A stretch of DNA of 64,000 nucleotides from Macrostomum hystrix (lineage: Eukaryota; Animalia; Platyhelminthes), in assembly GCA_950097015.1 (NCBI GenBank), contig CATNEN010000038.1, forward strand, positions 29,636,001-29,700,000. Direction: 5' to 3'. The position numbers and the translations under genes were made by a program. This document shows positions 24,901-38,255 of this stretch, in pieces. The notes under the pieces were generated by a model. It was not told where the DNA came from and ran no database searches. It saw only the letters and a list, made by a program, of their open reading frames with translations. Within the stretch, counting starts at the first letter, position 1, and each line of letters starts with the position of its first letter.

Positions 24901-26016
24901 ATGTCTCGAATGCCGACTGGCACACGTCGTCCAGCAGCCGTTGGTTTCGGCGCCGCAACAGCCGCACCTTCAACCGCAGCTCCGTCGACAATTTCGCGCG
25001 GCTCAGCAGTGGCGCCTCAGCAGCAGGAGTTCACCGCTGTAGCCGAAGAATGCGCCGATCATTTCCACAGGCTGGTCTGCGGCCTAGTTGCTGTGGCCCA
25101 GTGCGCCCTACTCAACTATTACCTCGTCACCGGACTCAGTGCCACCTGGCTCTGGTTTCTCGTAGCCGATGTCGCACTAATCCTTGCACTGGTCTACGGT
25201 TTCGTGAACACCTACCTGTATAGGAGAGGCCAGTACACCAGATTCTTAGAAGCTAAACAGCCCGGCGAAATTCCATTCGCCTACACCCTGTGGCTGCTGA
25301 ACCAGACCTGCGTTGCCGCTCGTCTAATCGTTATTTACTACTCGCTTGGCACAGCAGTAGCCACTTGGGGTAATACGGGGCCGAATCTACTGCGTACTTC
25401 GGGCGCTTTGAGCTGCGTAACCGGCTTCCTGCTGATGAAAGCACTCCTGCTAGCTCCACCATTCATGCTGAAGAACCACCTGTTTGTATTCCGAATCGGC
25501 GCCGAGACCGCCATGGACGTGCTAGACGCTGTCGACTTTCTAGACGTCCTACTAGTCAGCAGTGCCAGACAGCGATTGCCGTCCGGTTTGACAGAGTGCA
25601 TCCTGACGTTCGGCGCTGCCACACTGCTGGTCCCGGCCTGCCTGATGTCTGTGTACTCATTCAGCCGGTTCGGCTACCTCACCACGGTGAAGAGTCGCCT
25701 GATTCGCTCGCTACACCTCCTGTTCTCGGCTCTGCTATGCAACCTGCCATTGTTCGTCATCCGACTGTACCTGTGGTACAGCCTGTCCATCAATAATGTG
25801 TCTGGTTTTGTTGTGAAAAATATTTTGTTTATCTATTTAAATCTGACCGATTTGATGCGCCAGATTCTGCCGGAGATTGCGACGCAGTCGACTCCGATGC
25901 CGGGAACCGCCGCCGCGGCTGCCGCCTCCGCCGACGCGGCGAGAAGCCGGCACTCCTTGGATCAGCCGCCAGATAGTCTGGCCGGCTCCAGGGCCGGCCT
26001 GATTACAACTCCGTGA
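24901..26016 (+). CDS. TMEM121/CECR6-family multipass membrane protein, single coding exon
   Basis: Several hydrophobic helices; GEIPFAY..W, GPN.L, DVLD..DFL, NLP.FVIRLYLW and FVVKN motifs; acceptor TTTCCAG just upstream of the ATG. Confidence 0.75.
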   Translation: MSRMPTGTRRPAAVGFGAATAAPSTAAPSTISRGSAVAPQQQEFTAVAEECADHFHRLVCGLVAVAQCALLNYYLVTGLSATWLWFLVADVALILALVYGFVNTYLYRRGQYTRFLEAKQPGEIPFAYTLWLLNQTCVAARLIVIYYSLGTAVATWGNTGPNLLRTSGALSCVTGFLLMKALLLAPPFMLKNHLFVFRIGAETAMDVLDAVDFLDVLLVSSARQRLPSGLTECILTFGAATLLVPACLMSVYSFSRFGYLTTVKSRLIRSLHLLFSALLCNLPLFVIRLYLWYSLSINNVSGFVVKNILFIYLNLTDLMRQILPEIATQSTPMPGTAAAAAASADAARSRHSLDQPPDSLAGSRAGLITTP

Positions 26017-27274
26017 TTTGTTTAAATGAACAGAATAATAAATCAGATTTTTTGAATATTTCACGCAAAATTTAATTTTCGTCTATAACGATATTTTTTT
26101 AAAACTTTTTTCTGGTGCAAGAAATTGGTCTAAGAGTATTTTATTACTATGAAAGGTAGTAAGATTTTTCAATTAATTAGGTATGTATCTATTTTTATAT
26201 CTATTAGAAAGTACATTTTTTCTAAATTAGCGTATTTTCTTACTGAATATGAATTTCTTCTGGCTTTTGACAGATGGGTCGGGGGTTCGAATTTTATTAA
26301 TCAAGCTGCAATTTACTTTCTAGTGCTTTCAACTGGGCTAGATTACCAAAAATGTTTTACTTCTGAATAAAAAACTTTAAAATTTGAATACAAAAATATT
26401 AACCCATTAGCTTATAAGAGTTTTTTACATGGAATAATATTTTAATGAAAATTTTTGTACATAAAATGAGTGCCAAAGCTGTGGATTCGGCTTGACATGT
26501 TGTTTAAATAAAAAAGTACGTTCTTTCTACATTTTCTCTTAAGCGCTACTCGCAGTAGACTAATGCGGCTATGCCGGTCTTAAATAAACTTGAGCCTGTA
26601 GAAAATCAATCATCTTTTAACTTAGCAGGTTGTAAGATTTTTCTCTGGTTTGTTTTACTGCAAGTAAACTAAATGTTAAATTTCGTTTAGCATATATTCT
26701 AGTCAAGCTCATAACTACTGCTATGATGTTCAAACTTTTATGTGATCATTTGTTTTAATGGACTCTGTGATTTTCCTCGTGTGCGTACTTAAACGAACTT
26801 TTTTATTTTATCTATTTGCTGGCGAAGACGCTAAGATGAATTAAGAACAGAATCGAATTTAACAAAATTTCAGGACTGCGTTCTTTAAGCAGTAACTAAA
26901 AACGAAAAGAAGGAACACTTCTTGTTAATATTCGTGCCTTTGATTTGTTTTTTTATTTAGCTGAAACTATATTTATGTTTTTAAATATTGTTTTTGAAAT
27001 CGTCAGCCTCAGCCTTTAGAAAAAAATGGGTAACATCAATGATGTAGCAATATCGTGTTGTGCATTTTTACAAGGTGTATGTTTTAGAATCCTTTCTACA
27101 GATGCCCGTCAGTCACTTCTCCCGTGCGATATAAGGCTAGTTTTCATTTTGATTTGTTTTGAAGGATTGGAAAATTAGAGGCATTTTAGCGCAAATATTA
27201 CAATTTTCTTTTATCTTTTAAAGTAAATTAACGTATAAGAATCCTGAATTTATTAATCTAAGGCGATTGCTTTG

Positions 27275-27922
27275 AGGTGATGTTCCTGAAGTGATGGTCC
27301 TGAAGTGATGGTCCTGAATTGATGGTCCTGAAGTGATGGTCCTAAAGTGATGGCCCTGAAGTGATGGTCCTGAATTGATGGTCCTGAAGTGATGGTTCTG
27401 AATTGATGGTCCTGAAGTGATGGTCCTGAAGTGATGGTCCTGAATTGATGGTTCTGAGGTGATGGTCCTGAAGTGATGGTCCTGAATTGATGGTCCTGAA
27501 GTGATGGTTCTGAATTGATGGTCCTGAAGTGATGGTTCTGAATTGATGGTCCTGAAGTGATGGTCCTGAAGTGATGGTTCTGAATTGATGGTCCTGAAGT
27601 GATGGTCCTGAAGTGATGGTTCTGAATTGATGGTCCTGAAGTGATGGTTCTGAATTGATGGTCCTGAAGTGATGGTCCTGAAGTGATGGTCCTGAAGTGA
27701 TGGTTCTGAATTGATGGTCCTGAAGTGATGGTTCTGAATTGATGGTCCTGAAGTGATGGTTCTGAATTGATGGTCCTGAAGTGATGGTTCTGAATTGATG
27801 GTCCTGAAGTGATGGTCCTGAAGTGATGGTCCTGAAGTGATGGTTCTGAATTGATGGTCCTGAAGTGATGGTCCTGAATTGATGGTTCTGAGGTGATGTT
27901 CCCGAAGTGATGTTCCTGAGGT
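27275..27922. repeat. 14-bp minisatellite (gtgatggtcctgaa)
   Basis: Direct periodicity. Confidence 0.95.
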
Positions 27923-28626
27923 GAGCTCTAAATTTCCTGTGATTTGTTCGCACAAAAGGCAAATCAGAAACCAAACCCAAAATGGTGAATTATGAGACTA
28001 AAACGCAATGATCTTAATCTCTAATGTCGACCTCCAAGCAGAAACTGATGTTAACCAGATGCAATCTTATTTAAACGAAAAGCTTTGCCAATTTTGCATT
28101 CATCCTCAAGTCGTGGAAGCGAAAAAAATTCTTAGATCGTGGGAATTATAATACACAAGCATGTATAATTTCAAGACCGCGAACTGTTAGCCTCATGCAT
28201 GGTCACCAAAGTGCCATTTGATATTGCTTGATGAAGCATTGAGACACACTGTGCTTGGGCCTTAAGTCAGACCCAGATATTGGACAAATATGTGACAGAC
28301 TTTTATAGCATTTCAAGTGAAGACATGCAGAACGAATCCAAGAAAGAAGTAAAACTGCATTTAGTTATAAGAGAAAAAGAAATATAACACTTGTTAGGCA
28401 AGGTACATTTTTGCATGGCTACATGGTAACGATAGTTAGTTGCAGCAGTTCTATAAAACAAAATGTCTGCATGGAGCTTAAACTACATTAGTTGTTTTGC
28501 TTTGTCCAAAAACGGGTCAAAGTTACTAATTATTCATGTTTATGGCCTAGCCGCGGAGTCGAGCTCAGGACCTCGGTGCAGTTAAATAACAGCCATCAAC
28601 ATCTAGCTTGTAGTTTCATCGCACAG

Positions 28627-28988
28627 CAGGGGGTCAGTGCAGAGCGGTTATCGCGTTTTCCTCTCGCAACAATGTCCGTAAGCTCGATTCCGCGGCGAGG
28701 CTACATTCATTTTGGGCGCAGCCGCGGAGAGAAGGCTTGGGGGCTTGTCGTGCAATTTACGCCCTTGAGGGCCAACCAAGTTACAGTGAGAGTGTACACT
28801 GCCTGACGATGAGAAAGTCAGGGCAGATGTACACACCTGTGTGAGCGTGTGCCTGCGTACAGTATCTGTGTGCGTGTGTGCTCAGGAGTCAGCGAAATGG
28901 GCAGAATTGCCTCCTCGCTGGCTGTGGGTCTAGTGCCACCAAATGATGTGCCATTGCCCGCAGCCCTCCGGCAATTATTATTATTATT
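28627..28988 (+). mobile_element. SINE family A, most complete copy
   Basis: Head, body and (TTA)n tail all present. Confidence 0.85.
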
Positions 28989-30121
28989 CATTTCGCAGCA
29001 AGAAAAAATATTCTATACAGCTAGCTCTTTTTGTTTAAATGCCTTACGCCTAGCAACTCGAAAGTGCCTAAGTGCTTTCTCGTGTTATCAAAGACCCGAT
29101 TCGAAATCGATTTGACCAATCGAATTGCTACTGTCTTCAATCAAACTAGCCTGCAGAATGATGAAGCTCGATAAGATTTAGTCGGTGAAAAAAACTTTCT
29201 TGGTGCGTTGAAGCGAGGCCCTATAACACACTTGCGAGGTTTCATCATTAAATGCAACATTTATATTACATCTGCACATTTTACTGATGAATATCTAACA
29301 GTGGGTAATGCTGTTCTTTAGCATTCTTTCTTACAATGCTAACAACCTTCAGAATACATTGCATGCGGCTTTTATCTTCATCATTCAGCCTCTCTACCAG
29401 AATTGTGACACGTTAAGCAGAAGCAATCATTTTCTTACCTGATCCTTTCAACTTACTGGCGCCCCCCCCCTATAGTCTCTGCGCTTTGTTATAGAGCCTA
29501 ATCCATGGTTCCTGTTTTTTTCATTTGGTTATAATAAGGCGTTTGGAGCGTAGGTCCAATTGATTGAAGGAAATGTTAAGTCGCACACATGATGCCCTTA
29601 TCTAGCTGATTAATCTACAATTCCCAACATCCCTTGGATTTATTTTACAATCGGACAATAATACCGATGGTTGGGTCTGCTAACCCCAATTTGTAGATGC
29701 ACCTTATCAGACAGGCGCGATCAGAGATGCCTTTCCCCAGGTAAAGCATCTTTTACTTTCGCATTCGAAAAGTTTCTCGCTATTGAAGCAGGCGAATTAA
29801 TTATGCCCTAGCCTTGCGAAAGAAAACTATTTTTTTCTCTTTTTTTTTCTTTTTTTCAAGCTTTTTATGCATGTGTTTACCTGCCTAATCTTGTTTGATC
29901 ATAATAATTAACTTGCAAGCCAAATGCTTACAAAAATCCCACTTCTAAATCACAAGCTGGGACAAAAGTACAATTGAAAGGGAATTAAATTCACCTCGAA
30001 TGAAACAGTCTAACGAAAAAAAAATAATAGTCTTCTAGTAAACTATTTTTATAAAATGGGGTATGGGACCTATACCTAGGATGAAATAAATTCCTATGCG
30101 TCCTAGGTATAGGAATCACCT

Positions 30122-31085
30122 CTCAGGAGGTGAGAGGCCTGAGGTGAGAGTCCTGAGGTGAGAGTCCTGATGTGAGAGTCCTGATGTGAGAGGCCTGTGG
30201 TGAGAGTCCTGAGGTGAGAGTCCTGAGGTGAGAGTCCTGATGTGAGAGTCCTGATGTGAGAGTCCTGAGGTGAGAGTCCTGAGGTGAGAGTCCTGCGGTG
30301 AGAGGCCTGAGGTGAGAGTCCTGAGGTTAGAGTCCTGAGGTGAGAGTCCTGAGGTGAGGGTCCTGCGGTGAGAGTCCTGAGGTGAAAGTCCTGTGGTGAG
30401 AGTCCTGTGGTGAGAGTCCTGCGGTGAGAGTCCTGCGGTGAGAGTCCTGTGGTGAGAGTCCTGTGGTGAGAGTCGTGATGTGAGGGTCCTGAGGTGAGAG
30501 TCCTGATGTGAGAGTCCTGATGTGAGAGTCCTGATGTGAGAGTCCTGCGGTGAGAGGCCTGAGGTGAGAGTCCTGAGGTGAGAGTCCTGAGGTGAGGGTC
30601 CTGCGGTGAGAGTCCTGAGGTGAGAGTCCTGATGTGAGAGTCCTGATGTGAGAGTCCTGAGGTGAGAGTCCTGCGGTGAGAGGCCTGAGGTGAGAGTCCT
30701 GAGGTGAGAGTCCTGAGGTGAGAGTCCTGAGGTGAGGGTCCTGCGGTGAGAGTCCTGAGGTGAGAGTCCTGTGGTGAGAGTCCTGTGGTGAGAGTCCTGC
30801 GGTGAGAGTCCTGCGGTGAGAGTCCTGAGGTGAGAGTCCTCAGGTGAGAGTGTTGAGGTGAGAGTCGTGATGTGAGGGTCCTGATGTGAGAGTCCTAAGG
30901 TGAGAGTCCTCAGGTGAGAGTGTTGAGGTGAGAGTCGTGATGTGAGGGTCCTGATGTGAGAGTCCTGAGGTGAGAGTCCTGAGGTGAGAGTCCTGATTCG
31001 AGAAGCCTGATCGGTGAGAGGCCTGAGGTGAGAGTCCCGAGGTGAGAGTCCTGTGGTCATGATTTTGAGGTGATAGTCCTGAGGT
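30122..31085. repeat. 14-bp minisatellite (gtgagagtcctgag)
   Basis: Direct periodicity. Confidence 0.95.
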
Positions 31086-31659
31086 ATCTGTAACAATCTG
31101 TAACAACATATTGTTGTCTCTTCATCTATTTTTATGCGATCTTAAAATAGCATTTTTCTTGATCATTATTTGAGTACGTTGCATTATCCCACGCATTTCT
31201 AGCGACTCACTCAACTCAGGAATACTCAGTAGTGGCGCTGATTGAAATCAGAGAACACAGATTGAGATTAAATCGGCACTTGGTCTCGATCTGTCTTCTT
31301 GTCGATCAAATCGCCTCAAAGATCCTACTCAAATCGTAGGATACTCTTAACTTCCCAAAAATGATTGTCGATTCCTTGTTAATTTTAAATCCTGGCCCCC
31401 GAAGGAGTTAAAGAATGAGTTAGGATTGCATAATCAGTATTAGATCTAGACTAATTAACGAATCTATTCATTCTAGACACTTGCAGTTGATAGGGTGTAA
31501 AACGGAGGCTTTTTGTGAGGTCCTGGAATGCAAAGCAAACAATTATGCTAATTGCTAACAGCTAAACATATTTTAACAGAATTTCCTCATCTTGGTTGCA
31601 GAAAGAATTTAGAGAATTAGACATCAAATACGATTTTTTTATTAAGATAGAAAATGCTT

Positions 31660-32052
31660 AGATGAAGGGAGAGAAGGGTTTTGACGGGAGAGAAGGAAGT
31701 TTAACAAAGTAGAAAAGGGTTAGATGAAGTGAGTGAAGGGTTAGATGTAGGGAGAGAAGGGTTAAATGAAGGTAGAGAAGGGTTCGATTAAGGGAGTGAA
31801 GGGTTGGATGAAGGGAGAGAATGGTTGGATGAAGGGAGTGAAGGGTTGGATGAAGGGAGAGAATGGTTGGATGAAGGGAGTGAAGGGTTGGATGAAGGGA
31901 CAGAAGGGTTATATATAGGGAGTGAAAGTTTAGATTAAGGGAGAGAAGGGTTATATATAGGGAGTGAAGGGTTGGATGAAGGGAGAGAAGAGTTAGATAT
32001 AGGGAGTGAAGGGTTAGATTAAGGGAGAGAAGGGTTAGATGAAGGGAGAGAA
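31660..32052. repeat. 21-bp purine-rich minisatellite (gaagggagagaagggttagat), followed by a SINE A fragment
   Basis: Direct periodicity. Confidence 0.9.
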
Positions 32053-32562
32053 CGGTTAGCTCGAGAGCTCGGTTCCGCGGCGAGGCCACATTCAATTTGG
32101 ACATAATAATTATAGGTTTATTCGCAATAAAACTTTTCATTGTAAAGAAGTTAGAATTTTATAAAACACATATTTGTTTATTTGCAATTTTTTCTTTACA
32201 GAAGATTATTGCAAAAATTGTTTAATACATTTACTAGACTAAAATACTTCAATTCAGAATAAAAAACAGGTAAGAGCGTTTGCGGCCCTAGGTATTTACA
32301 TGGAAAACTGTGGATCCAGTGCCTACTGTATTTAGCTGCAGTAACTACAAGTATTTAAACATCGATAGCTTATAAGCTATTGACTGAGTAAGTTATAAAC
32401 AACTAAGGTGTAACTTTGAGCAGTATTGAAGTCTAAAGCACTGTGCATTAGAAGGCCAAGGCAGATCGTTTTTCGTGCTTATAATCAGCATGCATAATGA
32501 TAATAATCGAAAATAAAAACAAAATAATATTAATTCATTACACAAGGCCCAATCGTGCAAGA

Positions 32563-32760
32563 TGTGCAACCGACAGTACAGCCGCAGCTATTGCGCGAAC
32601 CCACACCCACACCCACCATCAATTACCCCAACTAACGCTGATACCCCATTTAACAGCTGGTTGAACTGAAGCAATTCAGAGTTGAGTGTCTTGCTAAATG
32701 TTTCTAATGTAGTCAAGAATCGAACCCTAGACCTTCAAGTTGCGAGTCCATGTCCACGGA
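32563..32760 (-). mobile_element. SINE family B, degraded
   Basis: Shares gtgcaaccgacagtacagccgc.gctatt, gtgtcttgctaa and gaatcgaaccc with other copies. Confidence 0.65.
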
Positions 32761-32874
32761 CTCAAGCCTTTTAAGACACTGCATGGCTCAGCTATTTTAA
32801 CTCCATGTGTATCTACTACAAGATGGCAAACAAGCAAAGTTATTTTACAGGAAACCAGTCTGGTTGGCTTGCGG

Positions 32875-35800
32875 TCACACAAAGCTAACTGTGGTGTAAG
32901 GCGCTTTCAACTGTCTATGGTCGAGAGTGGCTGACCGCTTCTTGACGCTGCCAACGCCGCCGCCGCTGGTTCCTGGCTCGGAACTGACCAGGGCTTGTGT
33001 TCTAATCTCTGTCCCGACGTCAGCTGTATCTTCATCGTCTATGGTTGAAGCCGCAGCGGCTGCCGCAGCCAAACCAGCTGGCAGTCTTGAATAGTCCGCC
33101 CTCTCGTCTATGGCCGGATTTTGCACCCGAATAGTTTGGTAGCCGTGATTTAAACGCCGATGCAAATTCTGACGGGCTGAAGGTGAAGCGGCCAGCTCGT
33201 GCATCGCATGCAGCTGCTGCTGCTGCTGCTGCTGCTGTTGCCGGTGAGGATGTCTTTGGCGACTTCCGTCTCGCGGCTCGCACGTGTAGTAGTAGGGCGG
33301 CGGAGACGGGTTGAACATATTCCGGTCCTGGGTTAGTGACTGCAGTGTGGGTAGCGGGTAGCAGGGGATCTTTTTGGATTGCAAATTTTTGATATCGTTG
33401 ATGATAGCTATTACACTCACTCTTTAATAGCTATTGATTACACCTGCCCCAATTGTGCTCTATGTGCAGCCGACAGCACAGCCGCGGCTATTGCGCGGCG
33501 CATCTGAAGACTGCAAACAGCTGTTCAGTCCATGGACTGGGGAGACGCCACACTCACTCTTAATTACCCTTGCTAATGCTGATACCCATTTAATAACTGG
33601 GTGAACTACGAGCGTAAAGCAGTGCACAGTTAAGCGTCTTGCTAAGTTCCAGTTGAAGTCGGGAATCGAACCCCCGACCTTTAATTCCTGTATCCGACGC
33701 TCTAACCACAAGGCTACAACGTCCTTAATACCATCGATACCTGTTTGACACATGCTTGACACCCGCTAGTCTCATACCTGACACATTCTACTCTTACGAG
33801 CCGTATATCTGACACCTGTTTGTCTCCATGCCTGACGCCTACTAGACTCCATTTCTGACACCCGTTTGTCTCCATATCTGACACCCGCTTGTCTCCGTAT
33901 CTGACACCCGCTTGTCTCCATATCTGACACCCGCTTGTCTCCATATCTGACACCCGCTTGTCTCCATATCTGACACCCGCTTGTCTCCATATCTGACACC
34001 CGCTTGTCTCCGTATCTGATACCCGCTTGTCTCCATATCTGACACCCGCTTGTCTCCATATCTGACACCCGCTTGTCTCCATATCTGACACCCGCTTGTC
34101 TCCATATCTGACACCCGCTTGTCTCCATATCTGACACCTGCTTGTCTCTATATCTGACACCCGCTTGTCTCCATATCTGACACCTGCCTGTCTCCTCTGA
34201 ATCAAACAGATGCATCTATTCCAAGGATTTCTAGACGACTAACAGCGTATAACTAGCTTGGGAAATCATTTAATCAAATACCTGGCTAGCTCACCTTTTT
34301 AATTAACGCGTGTTCCAAAATCGCAGAAGTTGGTGGCGGCATTGAAGCGCTGCGGGCCACAGTGCTCTCCATGTGGTAGTGCTTGTCTGGAACCGGGTCA
34401 GATACCGTTGCATTTGTCAATACTAATAATAATTTCATACATCTAATCTCGAAAAATTTCTATCTTCCAAGCCCCTAGATCAGTCACTCGTCCTTGGTCC
34501 AAATCTAAGCGGTAGTTAGCCAAGCGATATAATACAGAGCCCTAATAAGGCATCAACCTTGTGCTTTAGCTCATTACCAATGCGGCAATAAAACAACTCG
34601 TATTGTAAAAATAGGCCAGTGTTAACTGCTTTACGTTAGGTTTTGTTGAGAAACTGAATTGTCCTAATCAACTGATTGAGTTGTAAACCTTATAGACATG
34701 TGTGGTTCCATAATTTTAGTCATTTGTTTCTTGCTTGCAAATATCCCATTGTTCCCATCTGCAAACTTACGCCTCTCAGCAGCCGCGAACGCGTTCGCCT
34801 GCTGATGAAAGTTGCGTCTTCGCAGCAGGCAGATTGCGAACACCAGGATGACGATTAGGATGGCCGTGGCAATGATCAGGCCGATGATGGCCGCTAGGCT
34901 CGGGTCCCTGTCGCCAAAGCCGGCACCTGAGCCGCCGCGGCCGCTGCCAACAGAGTTGACCCGACCACCATCGCTGCCAACGCCGCCGACGCTTCCGGAG
35001 CCACCGGACCCGCCGCCTCCGGCTCCGCCCTGACGCATCGGCGTCGTGGAGATGAGCAGCGTTGCGATGCGTGACTGCGGAGGGCTGCCGCGATCTGTGC
35101 CTCGTATTGTGAGCGCAAACCGACGCTGGTATGACTTGCAGTCCAGCTGCTTGGCCAGGCTTAGCTCACCAGTCTCCGGGTTGATGCGGAAGTGCTCCTG
35201 ACCCTGGCCGGTCAGGTTGAATATCAGGCGCCCATTATCGCCGTCGTCCGAGTCGTTAGCAATCACCTTGGCAACCACGTCATCTGGACCGTAGCTGCAC
35301 GACACGTTGATCAGATTGTTGGCAGGCGTCGGGAAGTAGAACACGGGCGCGTTGTCGTTCTGGTCGAGCAGGGTCACAAGAACATGGGTGGCCCGGTGCT
35401 TGGCCGGCTGTCCCGAGTCGTAGGCGGTCAGGTTCAGCTGAATGGTCGGAGTTCTCTCCCGGTCGAGATTGTTCGACTTGGTGAATATCTCGCCGTTCGG
35501 CCGAACAGCAAAGTAGGGATTGTGAGCCATGCTGTACAGAACGCGACCGTTCGGCCCAGCATCCCGGTCCGTAGCGTTCACGCGGCCTACTAAACTACTC
35601 GGCGGCGAATTCTCTTTGATCTCCAGCGTGTAGGGCGGAAGCCACTCGGGCGCGTGGTCGTTAACGTCGCGAATTGAGAGGCGAACTTCGGCCGTGGTCG
35701 AGTGCAGTCCGTCGCTGACGCGCACGCTGAACTGGTATTGATCGCGCGACTCACGATCGAATCGGACCGCCGATCTGAGCACACCGCTGGTCGGGCCAAG

Positions 35801-37387
35801 AGTGCTCACACGCTTGCCCTCGTCGTCGTCTAAAGTGTAGACCAGCTTCGCCTCCTGGTCACGATCGATCGCTTCAAATCGATAAATCTGAACGCCTGGC
35901 TGCTGCTCCTCATCGAAGATTAGCTCGAACACCTGCCTATCAAACTGAGGTTTAGAATCATTTTCATCCAGCACCTGGACGGTGATAGTCTGCGATGCTG
36001 ACAGTCTGGGACTGCCATTGTCATGGCACCAAATTGTACCCTGAACTTGCGGTGTGGCCTCCCAGTCGAAAGTGTCTGTGGTCACTAGCTGGTAGATGAC
36101 CATGTGCTCAACCCGCTGCTGCTGCTCTAGTCGAAATAGACTACTACCGCGAGCTCCGCTTAAGCTGCACTCCACGTAGCTGTTGTTGCCGGAGTCCTTG
36201 TCAGTGGCGATGATATATCCGACCGACTGGCCGGCGGGCAGATTCTCGCGAATCGACAGCACGTGCGGCTTCGCTGGCAGGCCGCGCACATTAATCACTG
36301 GAGCCTCGTCGTTATAGTCTTCCAGCTGAATTACTATAGTCTCCTCCACCTGCTTGGAAACTGCACCGCGGTCCCTGGCAACCACAGGTATGCGATAGAC
36401 TCTGGTTCGCTCATAGTCCAGCATAGCGCCGTGGTTTACCCTCAGATCGCCCGAGTCCGGATTCAAGTAGAAAGCCTGTTGTACCTCGTGCGACGGCGTC
36501 GGATCATTGAACATGTAAGTGATTCGACCGTTCAATCCAATATCGTCGTCTTTGGCCTCGAGCTTTTTGATTAAATGTCCACCTTTGGAATTTTCAGGCA
36601 GGCTGAATTTGAAGGTCTTCGTGATCCACACCGGCGCGTGGTCGTTTTCATCCAGTACACGAACGGTAACGGTTACGGACGCGCTCTTCGGCGGTAAGTC
36701 GCCGTCGAACGCTGTCAGGACCAGCCTGTGCTCTGCTTTTCTCTCGCGATCCAACTGCTGTTGCAGCAGCAGCACAACTCTATGGTCCTTCTCGTGCTGC
36801 TCAATACGAGCCACCTCGAATAGTCCGGAATCTTCGGGATCAACCGCCCGCACTTGAAGCCTGTTGACGCTGTATCTAGGCGAGTCCCTGTCCGTGACGA
36901 CAACCCTCAGACCAATCCGGGCACCAACTTCGGCCAGCTCGCTCACCTCGACAACAGGCGATGTCACTTTGAACTCTGGCGCATGATTGTTGCGTTCCTC
37001 TAGGCGCAGCCGAACGGTGCATAGCTGAGTCCTGCCGTCATGGCTTACCTGCACCATGACGGGCAGCACGCAACCGCTCGGCTCGCAGTATTCAGACTGC
37101 CGGGTCACCGTGTCCCGGTAGATAGCCACCCTAGTGAACAGCGCGCCGCTAGAGCTGTTCAACCGCAGCAGTTGTCCGTCTGTGCGATCGTTGAGCAGAG
37201 CGAAGTCGGCCTGACCGACTGCCAAGCCGAGCCTATCGCCGAGGTTGACCAGAAGGGTGTTCGGCTGTGAGCCTTCAGTCACCTGAGCTGTAAGCTGAGA
37301 ACAGTCCTCTGGCACACCTGCTACCGCCGTTAGGGAGATCATTAGAGCCACCACTGCGAGTGGAAGTGACAGCTGAGTTGGCCGCAT
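32875..37387 (-). CDS. Protocadherin with 7 cadherin repeats (delta-like). Exons 37387-34771, 34386-34295, 33327-32875
   Basis: Signal peptide; six DxNDxxP-type linkers; LDRE/DYE motifs; TM LAAIIGLIIATAILIVILVFAICLL; introns of phase 1 and 0 keep the frame; ends YTTVSFV*. Confidence 0.92.
33461..33722 (-). mobile_element. SINE family B, in protocadherin intron 2
   Basis: Reverse complement of the head (gttgtagcc..tggttagagcgtcgg...ggttcgattccc) and body. Confidence 0.75.
33805..34195. repeat. 23-bp minisatellite (tccatatctgacacccgcttgtc)
   Basis: Direct periodicity. Confidence 0.95.
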
Positions 37388-37589
37388 CAGAAATCTATCG
37401 AACTTCGATTGCTGAAATACAATGCGATGATCCGACGTGAGTGACGACGTAAATAATCGGAATACAAGCTAGATATGCTTTACTCGGGAAACTATTAAAG
37501 ATAAACTTAAAGTTATATCCACTTAAATATCTACGAGTACTTGGATAGCGAATTAGTTTTCCTAGGTACAGAAATTGTCCTATTCAAAA

Positions 37590-38255
37590 TATCTCTTCCC
37601 CATCTCATCTCTCTCCGTGTCTCATCTCTCCCTGTGTCTCATCTCTCCAGTGTCTCCAGTGTCCAGTGTCTCCAGTGGATCTCTCACGTGTCTCATCTCT
37701 CACCTGTCTCATCTCTCACATGTCTTAACTCTCACATGTCTCATCTCTCTCAGTGTCTCATCTCTCCCCGTGTCTCATCTCTCCCTGTCTCATCTCTCAC
37801 GTGTCTCATCTCTCACCTGTCTTATCTCTCTCAGTGTCTCATCTCTCACCTGTCTCATCTCTCACATGTCTCAACTCTCACATATCTCATCTCTCACATG
37901 TCTCATCTCTCATATGTCTCGTCTCTCCCTGTCTCATCTCTCACATGTCTCATCTCTCCCCGTGTCTCATCTCTCCCTGTCTCGTCTCTCCCTGTCTCAT
38001 CTCTCCCTGTCTCATCTCTCACATGTCTCATCTCTCACGTGTCTCATCTCCCCCTGTCTCGTCTCTCCCTGTCTCATCTCTCCCTGTCTCATCTCTCACG
38101 TGTCTCATCTCTCACGTGTCTTAACTCTCACCTGTCTTATCTCTCAGTCTCATCTCTCACCTGTCTCATCTCTCACGTGTCTTAACTCTCACGTGTCTCA
38201 TCTCTCACATGTCTCATCTCTCACATGTCTTATCTCTCACCTTGTCTCATCTCTA
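37590..38255. repeat. ~16-bp minisatellite of the gagatgagacacggga family, reverse orientation
   Basis: gtctcatctctc(a/c)cgt units. Confidence 0.9.
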
